Below, piece by piece: positions 48,451 through 58,962 of a stretch of 64,000 bases of DNA (position 1 is its first letter; the number at the start of each line of letters is the position of its first letter). Origin of the DNA: an uncultured virus (IMG/VR IMGVR_UViG_2061766007_000271) (taxonomy: Duplodnaviria; Heunggongvirae; Uroviricota; Caudoviricetes). A program made the position numbers and the translations under genes. The stretch lies in IMG/VR virus record IMGVR_UViG_2061766007_000271; one strand, written 5' to 3'. The notes beneath the pieces are model-generated. The model searched no databases and had not been told where the DNA came from. It saw nothing but the letters and a program-made list of their open reading frames with translations.

Positions 48451-49051
48451 ATTGTTCTCCTTTCAGTCTTTCCTCATGACGGGAAAGGTCTTTTTCCAGC
48501 TTCATTATTTCATCATCGACGGTAATCCAATTGCTTTGTGTCGCAACTTCCTTCATGGAGAATGCACGGTTGGCAACAGGAACCGATGGACGGCGATACG
48601 CGAATGCATTTTTCAAAAGCACTTCTCTGTTCACAAGGTATTCCGTGATTCCGATTTTCAGGACATCATCGAAATTCTCGACTGGATGAAGCGTATATTG
48701 ACGGATACATGTATCAATGATTGACTTCTCGAAAATCCTCAGCCAGTTAATCTCCAATCCCTTGTCAATCGTCCTGACATAATCGTTCAATAAATACCTG
48801 TATTCCATGCCAAAATGGAAACACGCCTGAAATAAAAGCCAGTTCCACTTGGATTCGATGTCGTCCAGAAAACTGGTCGTCCTGTCGATGCCGAAGCGAA
48901 ATGTCCCTTTTTCAAGGAATCCATAGAATTCAGGGATGTTGTCGCAAAAGACGAATTGCAACTTCATTGCCTTGTAGTCGTCACATTTATCTACCGTCAA
49001 CTCTTCTGGAATGACGATATATGAGCATCTGTCATTATTCCTGTCAATCAT
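48434..49051 (-). CDS. hypothetical protein, paralogue of 47399-48040
   Basis: IPEELTVDK and ESKWNWLLFQA. Confidence 0.6.
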   Translation of the reverse strand: MIDRNNDRCSYIVIPEELTVDKCDDYKAMKLQFVFCDNIPEFYGFLEKGTFRFGIDRTTSFLDDIESKWNWLLFQACFHFGMEYRYLLNDYVRTIDKGLEINWLRIFEKSIIDTCIRQYTLHPVENFDDVLKIGITEYLVNREVLLKNAFAYRRPSVPVANRAFSMKEVATQSNWITVDDEIMKLEKDLSRHEERLKGEQYERAK

Positions 49052-49703
49052 ATTGTTTCTTGAATAAGCTTTTCTTATAACTCTTGAATAAGCTTTCCTT
49101 ATAACTCTTGAAACAGAATTTGTCATATATGTAGTCTTCAATCAGCGGAATGTATTCCAGCATCTCGGAAATGTTCTTCCTTGCCTTCAGCCATGCTTCC
49201 TCGATTGTACTGCCTATACCCAAGTCAACGCTCGCATAGCTTTCAATGATACTATAAGAATATGGCATCTCACAGCAAATATGAAAGTCGGAATGATACT
49301 CCACGGCTTTTATTTCTTTTGTCACAATATGAAAAACATCGAGATTTTCCAGATTTCCGAATGTCATGTTGCCGAAGTAATACCATATTCCAAGTCCCCA
49401 TATGTCATTGGAGCCAAGGTCGGATTCCTCGATGCCACCATTCTGTTCGATTGCATCCATCTTGTCCTTCAATTCCGTCAATACGTTCGTCATGACATTA
49501 AGCTGGCTGGATACCGTTTCATATATCGTCAGACCATGCTTCGCCTCTTCTTCATCATCAAACGTGACAAGGAGAAAACCAAGCCCTCCGTCGCCTTTTT
49601 CGGAAATGGCTATCTCTTTTGTCATGATGTGGAAATTACTCGGATACTTTCCGAATCGGATATCCAGCCTGTCTTTAAGTTTTTTGATGTCTTTTCTTTT
49701 CAT
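49044..49703 (-). CDS. hypothetical protein, tandem family member
   Basis: GIGSTIEEA...IPLIED C-terminal motif. Confidence 0.6.
   Translation of the reverse strand: MKRKDIKKLKDRLDIRFGKYPSNFHIMTKEIAISEKGDGGLGFLLVTFDDEEEAKHGLTIYETVSSQLNVMTNVLTELKDKMDAIEQNGGIEESDLGSNDIWGLGIWYYFGNMTFGNLENLDVFHIVTKEIKAVEYHSDFHICCEMPYSYSIIESYASVDLGIGSTIEEAWLKARKNISEMLEYIPLIEDYIYDKFCFKSYKESLFKSYKKSLFKKQYD
49059..49112. repeat. 24-bp tandem repeat, ~2.25 copies
   Basis: CTTGAATAAGCTTTYCTTATAACT twice plus CTTGAA. Confidence 0.8.
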
Positions 49704-50290
49704 TCGGCAGTTTCATACAATCCAGTTGCATACACGTTAAAAGACTCTTGTTCAATAATCGGAAGCAATTCCAGACATGACTTGATTCTTTGTATTGCAG
49801 AAGCCAACGCTCCGTTAATCGTCTTTCCCTCGCCGACAAAAACTCCTCTGCTTTGTTGCATATCATTGTAATCCATATTCATCATACTTTCATCAATGTC
49901 ATTATATGCCTGTATGATATACCTTTCTCCCTTTTTCACCATTGTAAGAGACGACATGAACCAGTCTAGTTCACTGTAATTGTAATTTGTGCACATTCCT
50001 ATCTCATAAAATGTATCCCGTATATCATAATAGTCTTCTTTTTTCTCGCTTGTTATTTTAATGGATATGTCGTTCTTGTATCTCTTCAATTTTTCCACTT
50101 GTGTCATCAAATCAGACAGCATCTCTTTGACAAATTCCAATTGTGTGGCAATGAGTTCAAATCGGTCAAGTCTTCTTTGGTCGTCAAAATATATAACCAA
50201 TCCCCGTGTATATGAATTCCTTTTCTGGTGTATTGTCACCATGTTATAATCATCATCTTCCTCGAATATGAACTTTGTATTATTCTTCAT
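49700..50290 (-). CDS. hypothetical protein, tandem family member
   Basis: GEGKTINGA...LPIIEQ. Confidence 0.6.
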   Translation of the reverse strand: MKNNTKFIFEEDDDYNMVTIHQKRNSYTRGLVIYFDDQRRLDRFELIATQLEFVKEMLSDLMTQVEKLKRYKNDISIKITSEKKEDYYDIRDTFYEIGMCTNYNYSELDWFMSSLTMVKKGERYIIQAYNDIDESMMNMDYNDMQQSRGVFVGEGKTINGALASAIQRIKSCLELLPIIEQESFNVYATGLYETAE

Positions 50291-50937
50291 TTTCCATCCT
50301 TATAGTTCAAAAGCCAGTCAAACGCATATTCCTCAATCAAGGACAAGTCATCCAGCAATCTATCAACATGCTTCTTCGCGTTAGCAAAACAGGATTCCGT
50401 CGTCTTTCCCCCGCCAATCTTGACAAAGCAATCGCTTACATGCGGTTTGCTTATGTCAGTACGATGATACCTGATTTCCACACAGGCACTGTAATGCTCC
50501 ATATCGGCATGCTTCAAGATTGCCAACGGAGAAAATTCAATGCTCATATCACTTAGATTCCTCAAGTATCCGAATGTCATCATCCCGCACATCCAGAATA
50601 AATCCACTCCTTGACCATAGTACATGTCCTTGATTACCTTGATTTGTTCTGGAGAATCAAATTTTTCCTTTATTCCAGACACCCATTCCTTCATGATGGA
50701 CATCTCTTTCGTAAACCGCTCGAACATTTCAAGCCCGTTCAAATCCTGATTCATCCTGACAAGGAGGAATTCCCTCGTCCATCTGCCACAGATGCTCTTG
50801 TCCACGCAATAGATTTCTATCGCATCGAACGGAGTCAATTTACGCAATGCCTCCTCGTTCGTCCAATTGTCATAACAGTCCCTAGACACCTCGAAGACAT
50901 ATCTGCTTTTTAATTTTTTCAAATCTTTCTGGTTCAT
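50287..50937 (-). CDS. hypothetical protein, tandem family member
   Basis: KDLKKLKSR start, GGGKTTESC...LSLIEE. Confidence 0.6.
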   Translation of the reverse strand: MNQKDLKKLKSRYVFEVSRDCYDNWTNEEALRKLTPFDAIEIYCVDKSICGRWTREFLLVRMNQDLNGLEMFERFTKEMSIMKEWVSGIKEKFDSPEQIKVIKDMYYGQGVDLFWMCGMMTFGYLRNLSDMSIEFSPLAILKHADMEHYSACVEIRYHRTDISKPHVSDCFVKIGGGKTTESCFANAKKHVDRLLDDLSLIEEYAFDWLLNYKDGK

Positions 50938-51503
50938 TACATGATATATTGAAGACTTATGACGAAACTATACAATATGAGGCATGTGAAGAAGATGAGC
51001 ATGGACATAAGACCAACGAATGTCAATTTTCCTATCCAAGTGAACGAATCCATCATTTGAAGCACATTGAGAAAAAGCGAATCTTTCTTCAGTTCAAAAT
51101 ACAAATAACGCCCCATACCGCAGTTGGGGCATTTCGACTTGTTGGGGATTTCAGTACCGCAATGCTGGCAAATTCTTTTCTTGCCCGTCCACGGTTTAAA
51201 CCATATTGAATCCTTCTTTTCTTCATGCTTGACATTCATTTCATACATCCGATGTTCGAATTCAAATGGACAGTTGTATGGCACATCAAGACGATAGTAT
51301 TCATTCTTCTGATAATCTGAAACAAACATGTATTCCACATAATTGTCCATCGAGCATCCATGCCTTCTGTTGTAGAAGACGGATTTTATCCTCTCCTCCT
51401 TACAATCCACACGGCAAGGGAATATAAGGAGGAGATTCGGACAAGGATAGATGACATCCTTCATAAAATTCGGACAATGCTGGCAAACCGTGATGTCTCT
51501 CAT
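50937..51503 (-). CDS. Cys-rich zinc-ribbon protein with C-terminal TM
   Basis: MRDITVCQHC, CPFEFEH, CQHCG..CPNCG; paralogue of 57143-57658. Confidence 0.65.
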   Translation of the reverse strand: MRDITVCQHCPNFMKDVIYPCPNLLLIFPCRVDCKEERIKSVFYNRRHGCSMDNYVEYMFVSDYQKNEYYRLDVPYNCPFEFEHRMYEMNVKHEEKKDSIWFKPWTGKKRICQHCGTEIPNKSKCPNCGMGRYLYFELKKDSLFLNVLQMMDSFTWIGKLTFVGLMSMLIFFTCLILYSFVISLQYIM

Positions 51504-51506
51504 TGG

Positions 51507-52091
51507 TCAATGATTGTTGATTGAAAGCACCGCGTACTTGTCATCGTCATCCGACGCAAGAGCCTGCATGAAATCATGCTCCATGTAGGCATAAAAGTCA
51601 CCATCGTTGTCGGAGTAGCTGAACGAAGACACATTTTTGAACTTCTGCTTCATTTTCTCATAAAGCAAATCCGCGAATTTGGTGGCGAGAGGCTCAAATT
51701 CGTTATAGTCGTAATACGCGCCGTTGCAGTAGGCTTCAGCGTTAAGCTCGACATTCTGCACGCCCTCGATGTACGCATCCTGCACATCCTCGTCGTCTTC
51801 GCATCCGAATTTCCTGCACAACGCCTTGAATTCGTCGGTCGGGCTTTCCTTCTTCCAAAGAATATTCCTGTCCCTCACATTCCACATGTAGCTGTCAAGG
51901 ATTTCATGATACTTGTTCACAAAGAAATCCTTTACCTTGGATTCATCGTCGCATGCCTCGTCTTCAACATCGGAAATGAATTCCTTGTATCCCTTGTATT
52001 TTTTGATACTGTCAAAAGCGGATATGTCATTGTATGCCACGAGAAATGAACTCGAACTAGAATTCGAGACATAGCTTGTTCTTATCTTCAT
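51507..52091 (-). CDS. SNSSSSSF-motif protein
   Basis: MKIRTSYVSNSSSSSFLV start, YMEHDFM, INNH end. Confidence 0.75.
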   Translation of the reverse strand: MKIRTSYVSNSSSSSFLVAYNDISAFDSIKKYKGYKEFISDVEDEACDDESKVKDFFVNKYHEILDSYMWNVRDRNILWKKESPTDEFKALCRKFGCEDDEDVQDAYIEGVQNVELNAEAYCNGAYYDYNEFEPLATKFADLLYEKMKQKFKNVSSFSYSDNDGDFYAYMEHDFMQALASDDDDKYAVLSINNH

Positions 52092-52110
52092 GTTGAAAAC
52101 TCCTTTGTCT

Positions 52111-52677
52111 TCAATGATTATTTCTAATCCTCAAACCAAATTTTCCTTCCTTTCCTGAAACGATTCCGTACATGAAATCATGCTCCATATAGCTGTCCAC
52201 GTCATCGAAATATTCGATTACACTCATATTCCTCCACCGTAGATACATCGTCTCATAAACCGCATAGGCAAAAGCCTGAGCCATCCTTCCGATTTTCGAC
52301 GAATCGTATTTCCCATTATTGGAAACACACCCATCTATCTCCTTCTTCGCCTCATTGACAAAAGCCTGCATGCCTTCAGCATCGCAGTTCAAGCCTTCGC
52401 ATAATGTCTTGAAATCCTTGCGAATATTGGCGTACTTATTGAAAAACCTGTCTCCATAGCAGACATGATGATAATACCCGCACACCAAATCCGTAAATTC
52501 CCTCTGAAGAAACACAAGTATCTCTTTCTTATTATTGTTATGCTCCTTCACGTCCTTGATAAATCGGTTGTATCCTCGCGTATTACGACCGATTCTGTCA
52601 AAGTCGGAAATGCTGTTCCATGAAACAAGAAAGGAACTTGAACTGGAATTCGACACGTAACTTGTTCTGATTTTCAT
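52111..52677 (-). CDS. SNSSSSSF-motif protein
   Basis: Identical first 18 aa, YMEHDFM, RNNH end. Confidence 0.75.
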   Translation of the reverse strand: MKIRTSYVSNSSSSSFLVSWNSISDFDRIGRNTRGYNRFIKDVKEHNNNKKEILVFLQREFTDLVCGYYHHVCYGDRFFNKYANIRKDFKTLCEGLNCDAEGMQAFVNEAKKEIDGCVSNNGKYDSSKIGRMAQAFAYAVYETMYLRWRNMSVIEYFDDVDSYMEHDFMYGIVSGKEGKFGLRIRNNH

Positions 52678-52698
52678 CTTTATTCTCCGTTTTTCTTT

Positions 52699-52726
52699 AA
52701 TATCCGCCGAATTCCAAAAAATTCAA
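52699..52726 (-). promoter_or_regulatory. class I promoter variant
   Basis: TTGAAT-16 bp-GATATT. Confidence 0.45.
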
Positions 52727-52787
52727 GTCATCACTGAAATTATTTTTCAATAATCCTTTATTTGTAAAACGGAAGAGACAGAATTCA

Positions 52788-53393
52788 TTACCATTCCCAT
52801 GCGCTCTTGTGTGCATCATCATTATAATCTGGATGATTCATGTTCTCGACCATCGTATAAGGTGAATTATCATCAGTATGACATACAAAGCACACGTATT
52901 TGCATGAAACCCCGTTTTCAAATGCTTCGCTCATGTTTTCACGGAGATTACGTATTGTCGGATTGTCCAAGAACATCCTGAATCCATAAGTCTCTTTTGA
53001 CTGGTTGTTTTTAAGGAACAAGTCAAATTCCATGCGAATCAATTTCCATGCATTCATAACGGGTTTTGAATCGCATTTCAACCGTTTGCAGACCAGCTCA
53101 AGCTTCTCATCCATCTTGCTCCGTCTTTCAGGATAATCATGGTATTCATACAGAAACCAATCAATATAATCATCAAACGCAGAGGAAAAACCGCTTCCGT
53201 GATTATTCTCGAATTCACTATCCATGTCGAGATTATTGTCAATGTCATATAAAATGCTTTCGACGAATGCCTTTTCATTATCTGGGGCTTTCCACGTCCG
53301 CCATCTCTGGTCTTCAAGAAAAGCGATGACCATCTGCCTTTTGAACACTTTCAGATTCTCTTCATCGAATCCTATGATAGCATAATTGCTCAT
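52788..53393 (-). CDS. hypothetical protein
   Basis: 201-aa ORF, ATGA overlap with HNH gene. Confidence 0.6.
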   Translation of the reverse strand: MSNYAIIGFDEENLKVFKRQMVIAFLEDQRWRTWKAPDNEKAFVESILYDIDNNLDMDSEFENNHGSGFSSAFDDYIDWFLYEYHDYPERRSKMDEKLELVCKRLKCDSKPVMNAWKLIRMEFDLFLKNNQSKETYGFRMFLDNPTIRNLRENMSEAFENGVSCKYVCFVCHTDDNSPYTMVENMNHPDYNDDAHKSAWEW

Positions 53394-53725
53394 GATTTCA
53401 CCTTTTCAAAATAAAACACCCCATCCCAGTCGTCTCCGTACTTCGCCTGAAGGCATTGCACATATTCGCTTTTCTTTTCCTTCCTGAATGCCTTTTTCAG
53501 CTTCTTCCTGAAGCCATCAGGATTACAGCCTTTCTTATAGTAATTGCACTGCTGGCAGGCTGGCATCAGGTTGGAAATATCATCCGCGCCGTGATTGTGC
53601 AAGGACACAACGTGGTCGAGCCTCATTTCCTCAAAACGAAGCCCGACCCCGCAATACGCGCAATGCCCTTCGGTCTTGTTATAGACTTCACGCTTTTGGC
53701 TTTTTGTCCACGTTCGTCTGCGCAT
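53390..53725 (-). CDS. HNH endonuclease (McrA-like)
   Basis: CAYCG, LDHV, NL.PAC..CN..K. Confidence 0.88.
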   Translation of the reverse strand: MRRRTWTKSQKREVYNKTEGHCAYCGVGLRFEEMRLDHVVSLHNHGADDISNLMPACQQCNYYKKGCNPDGFRKKLKKAFRKEKKSEYVQCLQAKYGDDWDGVFYFEKVKS

Positions 53726-54912
53726 TCATGCTCACCGTGTACGACCTGCAATCAGGATTGTTCCAATTGACTGGGGGAATGTCCTTGACATTGTTGTTCG
53801 TGTTATAGACAAACTTGCAATTTCCTGTATTTTCACCATTAATGGTGATTTCCTTTTCAGGACCACACCAAATCGGGCTGTATGGATACGTAGGATAATA
53901 GGGATATGTCTTTTGCGGTTGATAAGGATTCCACGGAACAGTAGGTGCAGGACTTGGTTCCGTAGGTGCAGGGACGTTGATAATCATTCCCTGATGCTTT
54001 GCAAAATCGTTGACATGCTCGTTCACAATCTTCTCAAGCTCGGTAACACGCTCTTCAAGCGTCTTCCCCTGCTCGTTCGGCTTGTCATCTTCGTCGAACG
54101 GCAAGTCCTCTGGGTTCTCATACGGGTCGAAGCTGTTCATCCCGCAGAGCAGACTGCGCTTCCATTCGTAGGATACCATGCGGTCGTGCGCCTTCTTCTC
54201 GTTCTCCGTGAATTCATGGGAACGGTGGTCTGTCCACTTCTTGTACATAGATTCGACTTCGGCGTATGTGAAGCCGAAGCTGTCCTCGTCTGTCTTGCCA
54301 GTCAAACCGTCCGCTGGCGGTTTGACGACCGCCCATTCGGGCAGTCCGAGGACGAAACCAGTCTCAATCACCTGCGACACATGCAAGTTCCACAATGGCG
54401 CGATGTCGCCAACCGTGTCGCCCCACAATGTGCCATAGCCCATGAGACCCTCGTCCTTGTTCGTGGTGTTGACGACGAACCCGTGGATTTCCTCCGCGAG
54501 GCTGTGGACGAACATGTAGAGCGTAGCCGTGCGGAGCTTCGGCGAGAGGTTGATTTGGGCGCGTCTGCTGATGTCCATGCCGAGTTCGGACATGCCTTTC
54601 ATCACGGCTGTGGAAAGCCCGACATACCCATCGCGGATGTCAACCGTGCAATGCCTGATGCCGAGATGCTTGCAGACTTTCTGGGAGTCGCTGATGTCCT
54701 TCTGCTCGCCGTTCGGCATCATCACGCCGATGACGTTTTCCTTTCCAAGAGCGGCGGCGCACAANNNNNNNNNNNNNNNNNNNNNNNNNNNNNNNNNNNN
54801 NNNNNNNNNNNNNNNNNNNNNNNNNNNNNNNNNNNAGCACGGCTGTCGTCACATTTGCCTTCTTGCACTCTTTCCTAATCCATTCCACGATTCGCTTCGT
54901 AAGTTTTCTCAT
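53688..54912 (-). CDS. nadE: NH3-dependent NAD+ synthetase with Pro-rich C-terminal extension (N gap in P-loop)
   Basis: V.GVMMP, INL...LR...LY, VNTTNKDE..GYGTLWGD, KPPADGL..KTDE..GF.Y. Confidence 0.88.
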
Positions 54913-57077
54913 AGTTTCTCCTTGTATTTCCATTCGGCTCGCCATATCGTGAAGAATATGACAACAAGATAGACGACCCATTTAAANNNNNNNNNNNNNN
55001 NNNNNNNNNNNNNNNNNNNNNNNNNNNNNNNNNNNNNNNNNNNNNNNNNNNNNNNNNNNNNNNNNNNNNNNNNNNNNNNNNNNNNNNNNNNNNNNNNNNN
55101 NNNNNNNNNNNNNNNNNNNNNNNNNNNNNATGGGGTTCGTTGTTCAGCGAGGAAAGGTACTGCTCCGCGTAGTACGGGCAATGCTTTTCGACGCGCATGT
55201 TGAAATACTCCGTCTTCAAGACATGGCGTTCCCAGAACCCGTCCAGCAGGTAGCAGTCGTGGATGCGACCGTTCCTGCTGTACTCAAGCTCATCGACATT
55301 GTACGCCTCGTACAACGACGGGTTGTTCATGCTCATCGAATGAAAGATGGAATCGTTCTCCCTGAAATGCTCGCACTGCTTGCAGATGAGGATGTCTCTC
55401 ATTACCGAATCACGTCGATTTGCAACGCCTCCATCGCCTTGAGAGCGGTTTCCTTCGCTTCGGGGGTCACGCCTTCCGTCTGGTCGGCATAGACCTTGAT
55501 GACCGTGTTCGGGAACGCAGCGCGGAGAATCGCAACGTTGTTCAGAACGCAANNNNNNNNNNNNNNNNNNNNNNNNNNNNNNNNTTGTCCTCGTCCGTGT
55601 CATATCCGCCTTGCGCGAACACGTAGTTGCTCGGAATGCCGAACACCTTTTCGGCAATCACCATCGGCAACTCGAAAGAGCCGAAAGTCGGCTTNNNNNN
55701 NNNNNNNNNNNNNNNNNNNNNNNNNNNNNNNNNNNNNNNNNNNNNNNNNNNNNNNNNNNNNNNNNNNNNNNNNNNNTCGTAAGGGAGTTTCATTCCTTCG
55801 AGCGTCTGCATGTAATCGGTGCCGTGCGTATCCTGCGTGGCGACCACGTAGCCGTCGAAGTTGTTCAAAAAGTCCACCATTCGAGGGACGAGGGCAATCC
55901 NNNNNNNNNNNNNNNNNNNNNNNNNNNNNNNNNNNNNNNNNNNNNNNNNNNNNNNNCTTCTGCATGTCAACGACCACGAACACTTTTTTCGCTTCTTTCT
56001 TGATTTCTTCCGTCATGATTTGTTTTCCTTATTTTTTACGGTTCTTGTCTATCTGATTTTCAATTGTTCCGACTGTCGGCTTGCCGTTGTCNNNNNNNNN
56101 NNNNNNNNNNNNNNATTTCAGCAACGTCTCCCTGTCCGCGCCTTCGGCAATCAGCTTGCGCACGAGCGTCGAGCTGACGATGTTCGTCTTGGGGCGTGGC
56201 ACGACGAGGAACTTGTATTCATCAAGCAACTTGTCGGCATAATGCCATTTCCCCGCGTTCAGGTCGTCCCATTCGTCCTTGCCCATGACGATTGTCCCGA
56301 TTCCCAATTCGGGATGCGACGAGAGGAATTTGTACGTCCGTTCCTTCTGCTCGACCACCCGAATGGTGTCGATAATCTCGCTCTCGTAGTATGTCTTGCC
56401 ATCCACTTCGCATGGATTCGCGATGTCGATTTGGTACTTGCAACAGATGTTCTGCACGACCGCCTTGCGCCATGCCAACGGCTTNNNNNNNNNNNNNNNN
56501 NNNNNNNNNNNNNNNNNNNNNNNNNNNNNNNNNNNNNNNNNNNNNNNNNNNNNNNNNNNNNNNNNNNNNNNNNNNNNNNNNNNNNNNNNNNNNNNNNNNN
56601 NNNNNNNNNNNNNNNNNNNNNNNNNNNNNNNNNNNTCGTTTTTCGGGAATTTCAAATCAATTCACGAATGTTTTTCATGCCTTTCCTGTATTCCTTCAAC
56701 GTAGTACAGGAATTGACGAGCTTGGAGAATTCAACCGCCCGTCTGAAAATCAGACGGTNNNNNNNNNNNNNNNNNNNNNNNNNNNNNNNNNNNNNNNNNN
56801 NNNNNNNNNNNNNNNNNNNNNNNNNNNNNNNNNNNNNNNNNNNNNNNNNNNNNNNNNNNCAATGCCGTGATGATTTTATCCTGCTCGTTGCGATAACGCC
56901 AGTCGTCGATTTTGTGAGAACCGAGATATTCCTCGATTTCGCAGTCCATGTGGGTCTCTTCCTTCGCCTCGCGAATCGCGGNNNNNNNNNNAGAGAGCTT
57001 TGCTACTGGGCTTCCGTTGCATTCCGTCACCTTGCAGACGATGTTCAGACCTGGAAGATACGTGTCNNNNNNNNNNC
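54913..57077 (-). other. fragmented, diverged second copy of the NAD cluster (hypothetical, pncA, nadD, Nudix, pncB pieces); probably a second strain
   Basis: Same gene order as 57143-61668, separated by N gaps, many synonymous differences; a second nadE start at 57078-57147. Confidence 0.75.
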
Positions 57078-57142
57078 AGTCGTCACATTCGCCTTTTTGC
57101 ACTCTTTCCTAATCCATTCTATGATTCGCTTCGTAAGTTTCT

Positions 57143-57658
57143 TCATAATTTCTCCTTATATTTCCATTTATATCGCCAAGCTGCAAAAAAAAACACAGCC
57201 AAATAAACAATCCACTTAAACAAATCGACCATCTTTTCCCATAATGTCATGTCCTGCCATTTATGGTAATTCTTGAACTTCTTATACCCGCATATCGGGC
57301 AGTCAACCTTGTTCGGTATGACACGCCCGCAATGCTGGCATACGCGAGTCTTGCTGAAATACCTTGTGAAACCGTAGTTTACATCATGCAGTTCATTGTT
57401 CAACAACGAAAGGCACTGTTCACAATAATATGGACATATTTTGGTGATTTCCAGCTTGAAAAACTCCGTTTTCAAGGCATGGCGTTCCCAGAATCCATCA
57501 AACAGTTCGCAATCGTGAATCCGACCGTTTCTGCTGTATTCGAGGTCATCCCCCTCATATGCTTCATACAGAGTCGGATTCCTCATGCCGAGCGTATCAA
57601 ACAGAGAATCGTTCTCTCTGAAATGCTCGCAATGCTTGCAGATGAGAATGTCACGCAT
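57143..57658 (-). CDS. Cys-rich zinc-ribbon protein with C-terminal TM
   Basis: MRDILICKHC, CPYYCEQ, CQHCG..CPICG. Confidence 0.65.
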   Translation of the reverse strand: MRDILICKHCEHFRENDSLFDTLGMRNPTLYEAYEGDDLEYSRNGRIHDCELFDGFWERHALKTEFFKLEITKICPYYCEQCLSLLNNELHDVNYGFTRYFSKTRVCQHCGRVIPNKVDCPICGYKKFKNYHKWQDMTLWEKMVDLFKWIVYLAVFFFAAWRYKWKYKEKL

Positions 57659-57660
57659 TA

Positions 57661-58251
57661 TCAGATGATATCGATTTGCAGACCTTTCATTGCATCAAGA
57701 GCCGTCTGCTTACTTTCAGCCGTAACGCCTTCCGTCTGGTCGGCAAAGACTTTGATGACAGTATTCGGGAACGCAGCGCGCAAAATCGTGGCATTGCTCA
57801 GAACGCAAATGTCGGTGCAAAGACCGCCGACGATGATTTCATCGATGTTACCGTCAAAACCGCCCTGCGCGAACACCGCATTGCTAGGAACACCGAACAC
57901 CCCTTCCGCGATGACCATCGGGAGTTCAAAAGAACCAAATGTCGGCTTTTCAATCGCGCCGAGATACTTGTCGCCCTTGGCTTCCATCGCCTTGAGGATG
58001 TCAGGATTGATTTCCCAGTCTTCCGTGCCTTTGATGCAGTGCTTTACAGGAAGTTTCTTACCTTCAAGGGTGTCCAGATAGTTCTCTTCATGCGTATCCT
58101 GCGTGGCGACGACATAGCCATCGAAGTTCTTGATGAATTCAACCATGCGAGGCACAAGTGCCTGTGCCTGTGGGCTACCGAGGCTCATGTTGATGAATCC
58201 ATTCTGCATGTCAACGACGACAAACACTTTCTTTTCAATTTTTTCCATCAT
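57661..58251 (-). CDS. pncA: nicotinamidase (isochorismatase family)
   Basis: VVDMQNGF, TQDTH, HC, K.TFGS, GLCTDICV. Confidence 0.9.
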   Translation of the reverse strand: MMEKIEKKVFVVVDMQNGFINMSLGSPQAQALVPRMVEFIKNFDGYVVATQDTHEENYLDTLEGKKLPVKHCIKGTEDWEINPDILKAMEAKGDKYLGAIEKPTFGSFELPMVIAEGVFGVPSNAVFAQGGFDGNIDEIIVGGLCTDICVLSNATILRAAFPNTVIKVFADQTEGVTAESKQTALDAMKGLQIDII

Positions 58252-58253
58252 GA

Positions 58254-58886
58254 TTAGTTCTCCTTGTTTTTACGATTCTTGTCTATCTGATTTTCAATTG
58301 TTCCGATTACAGGCTTTCCATTATCGTCCAATTCATTGTAGGCGATACAACGGTACACCGCATCACTGATGTATTTCAGCAACGTCTCCCTGTCCGCGCC
58401 TTCCGAAATCAGCTTTCTCACCATTGTCGAGCTGACTATATTTGTTTTCGGACGCGGGATGACATAGAATTTGTATTCATCAATCAGCTTGTCGGCGTAA
58501 TGCCATTTTCCAGCCAGCAAATCATCGAGTTCATCCTTGCCGACGACGATTGTCCCGATTCCGAGTTCAGGATGCGACGAGAGGAATTTATACGTCCGTT
58601 CCTTCTGCTCAACCACCTTGATGGTGTCAATTATCTCGCTCTCGTAATATGTCTTGCCGTCCACTTCGCATGGATTCGCAATGTCGATTTGGTACTTGCA
58701 ACAGATGTTCTGCACGACTGCCTTACGCCATGCCAAAGGTTTCCACGACTTCTTATAATCATGTTCCGTCACGCCAACCACAAGCTTATCGCCGAACATA
58801 TCGTAAAGATGTTCGATAATCGCCTCGTGCGACAGAGTAATCGGGTCGAATGCCCCGCCGTAATAGACTTTATTTCTTTTTTCCAT
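58254..58886 (-). CDS. nadD: nicotinate-nucleotide adenylyltransferase (NadD-like)
   Basis: YGGAFDPITLSH, VG.D, W..AD.L, SST.VR. Confidence 0.78.
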   Translation of the reverse strand: MEKRNKVYYGGAFDPITLSHEAIIEHLYDMFGDKLVVGVTEHDYKKSWKPLAWRKAVVQNICCKYQIDIANPCEVDGKTYYESEIIDTIKVVEQKERTYKFLSSHPELGIGTIVVGKDELDDLLAGKWHYADKLIDEYKFYVIPRPKTNIVSSTMVRKLISEGADRETLLKYISDAVYRCIAYNELDDNGKPVIGTIENQIDKNRKNKEN

Positions 58887-58933
58887 ATTGCATCATCTCC
58901 TTTTTAACATGCTAACTTAGAGATTCTGTCATT

Positions 58934-58961
58934 AATATACATCGTTTTTCGGAAATTGCAA
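58934..58961 (-). promoter_or_regulatory. class I promoter, internal to NAD cluster
   Basis: TTGCAA-16 bp-TATATT. Confidence 0.7.
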
Positions 58962-58962
58962 G

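Noticed and set aside
49059..49112. 24-bp tandem repeat as a regulatory or phase-variable site
   Set aside because: Only two in-frame copies at a gene end; consistent with a simple slippage duplication.
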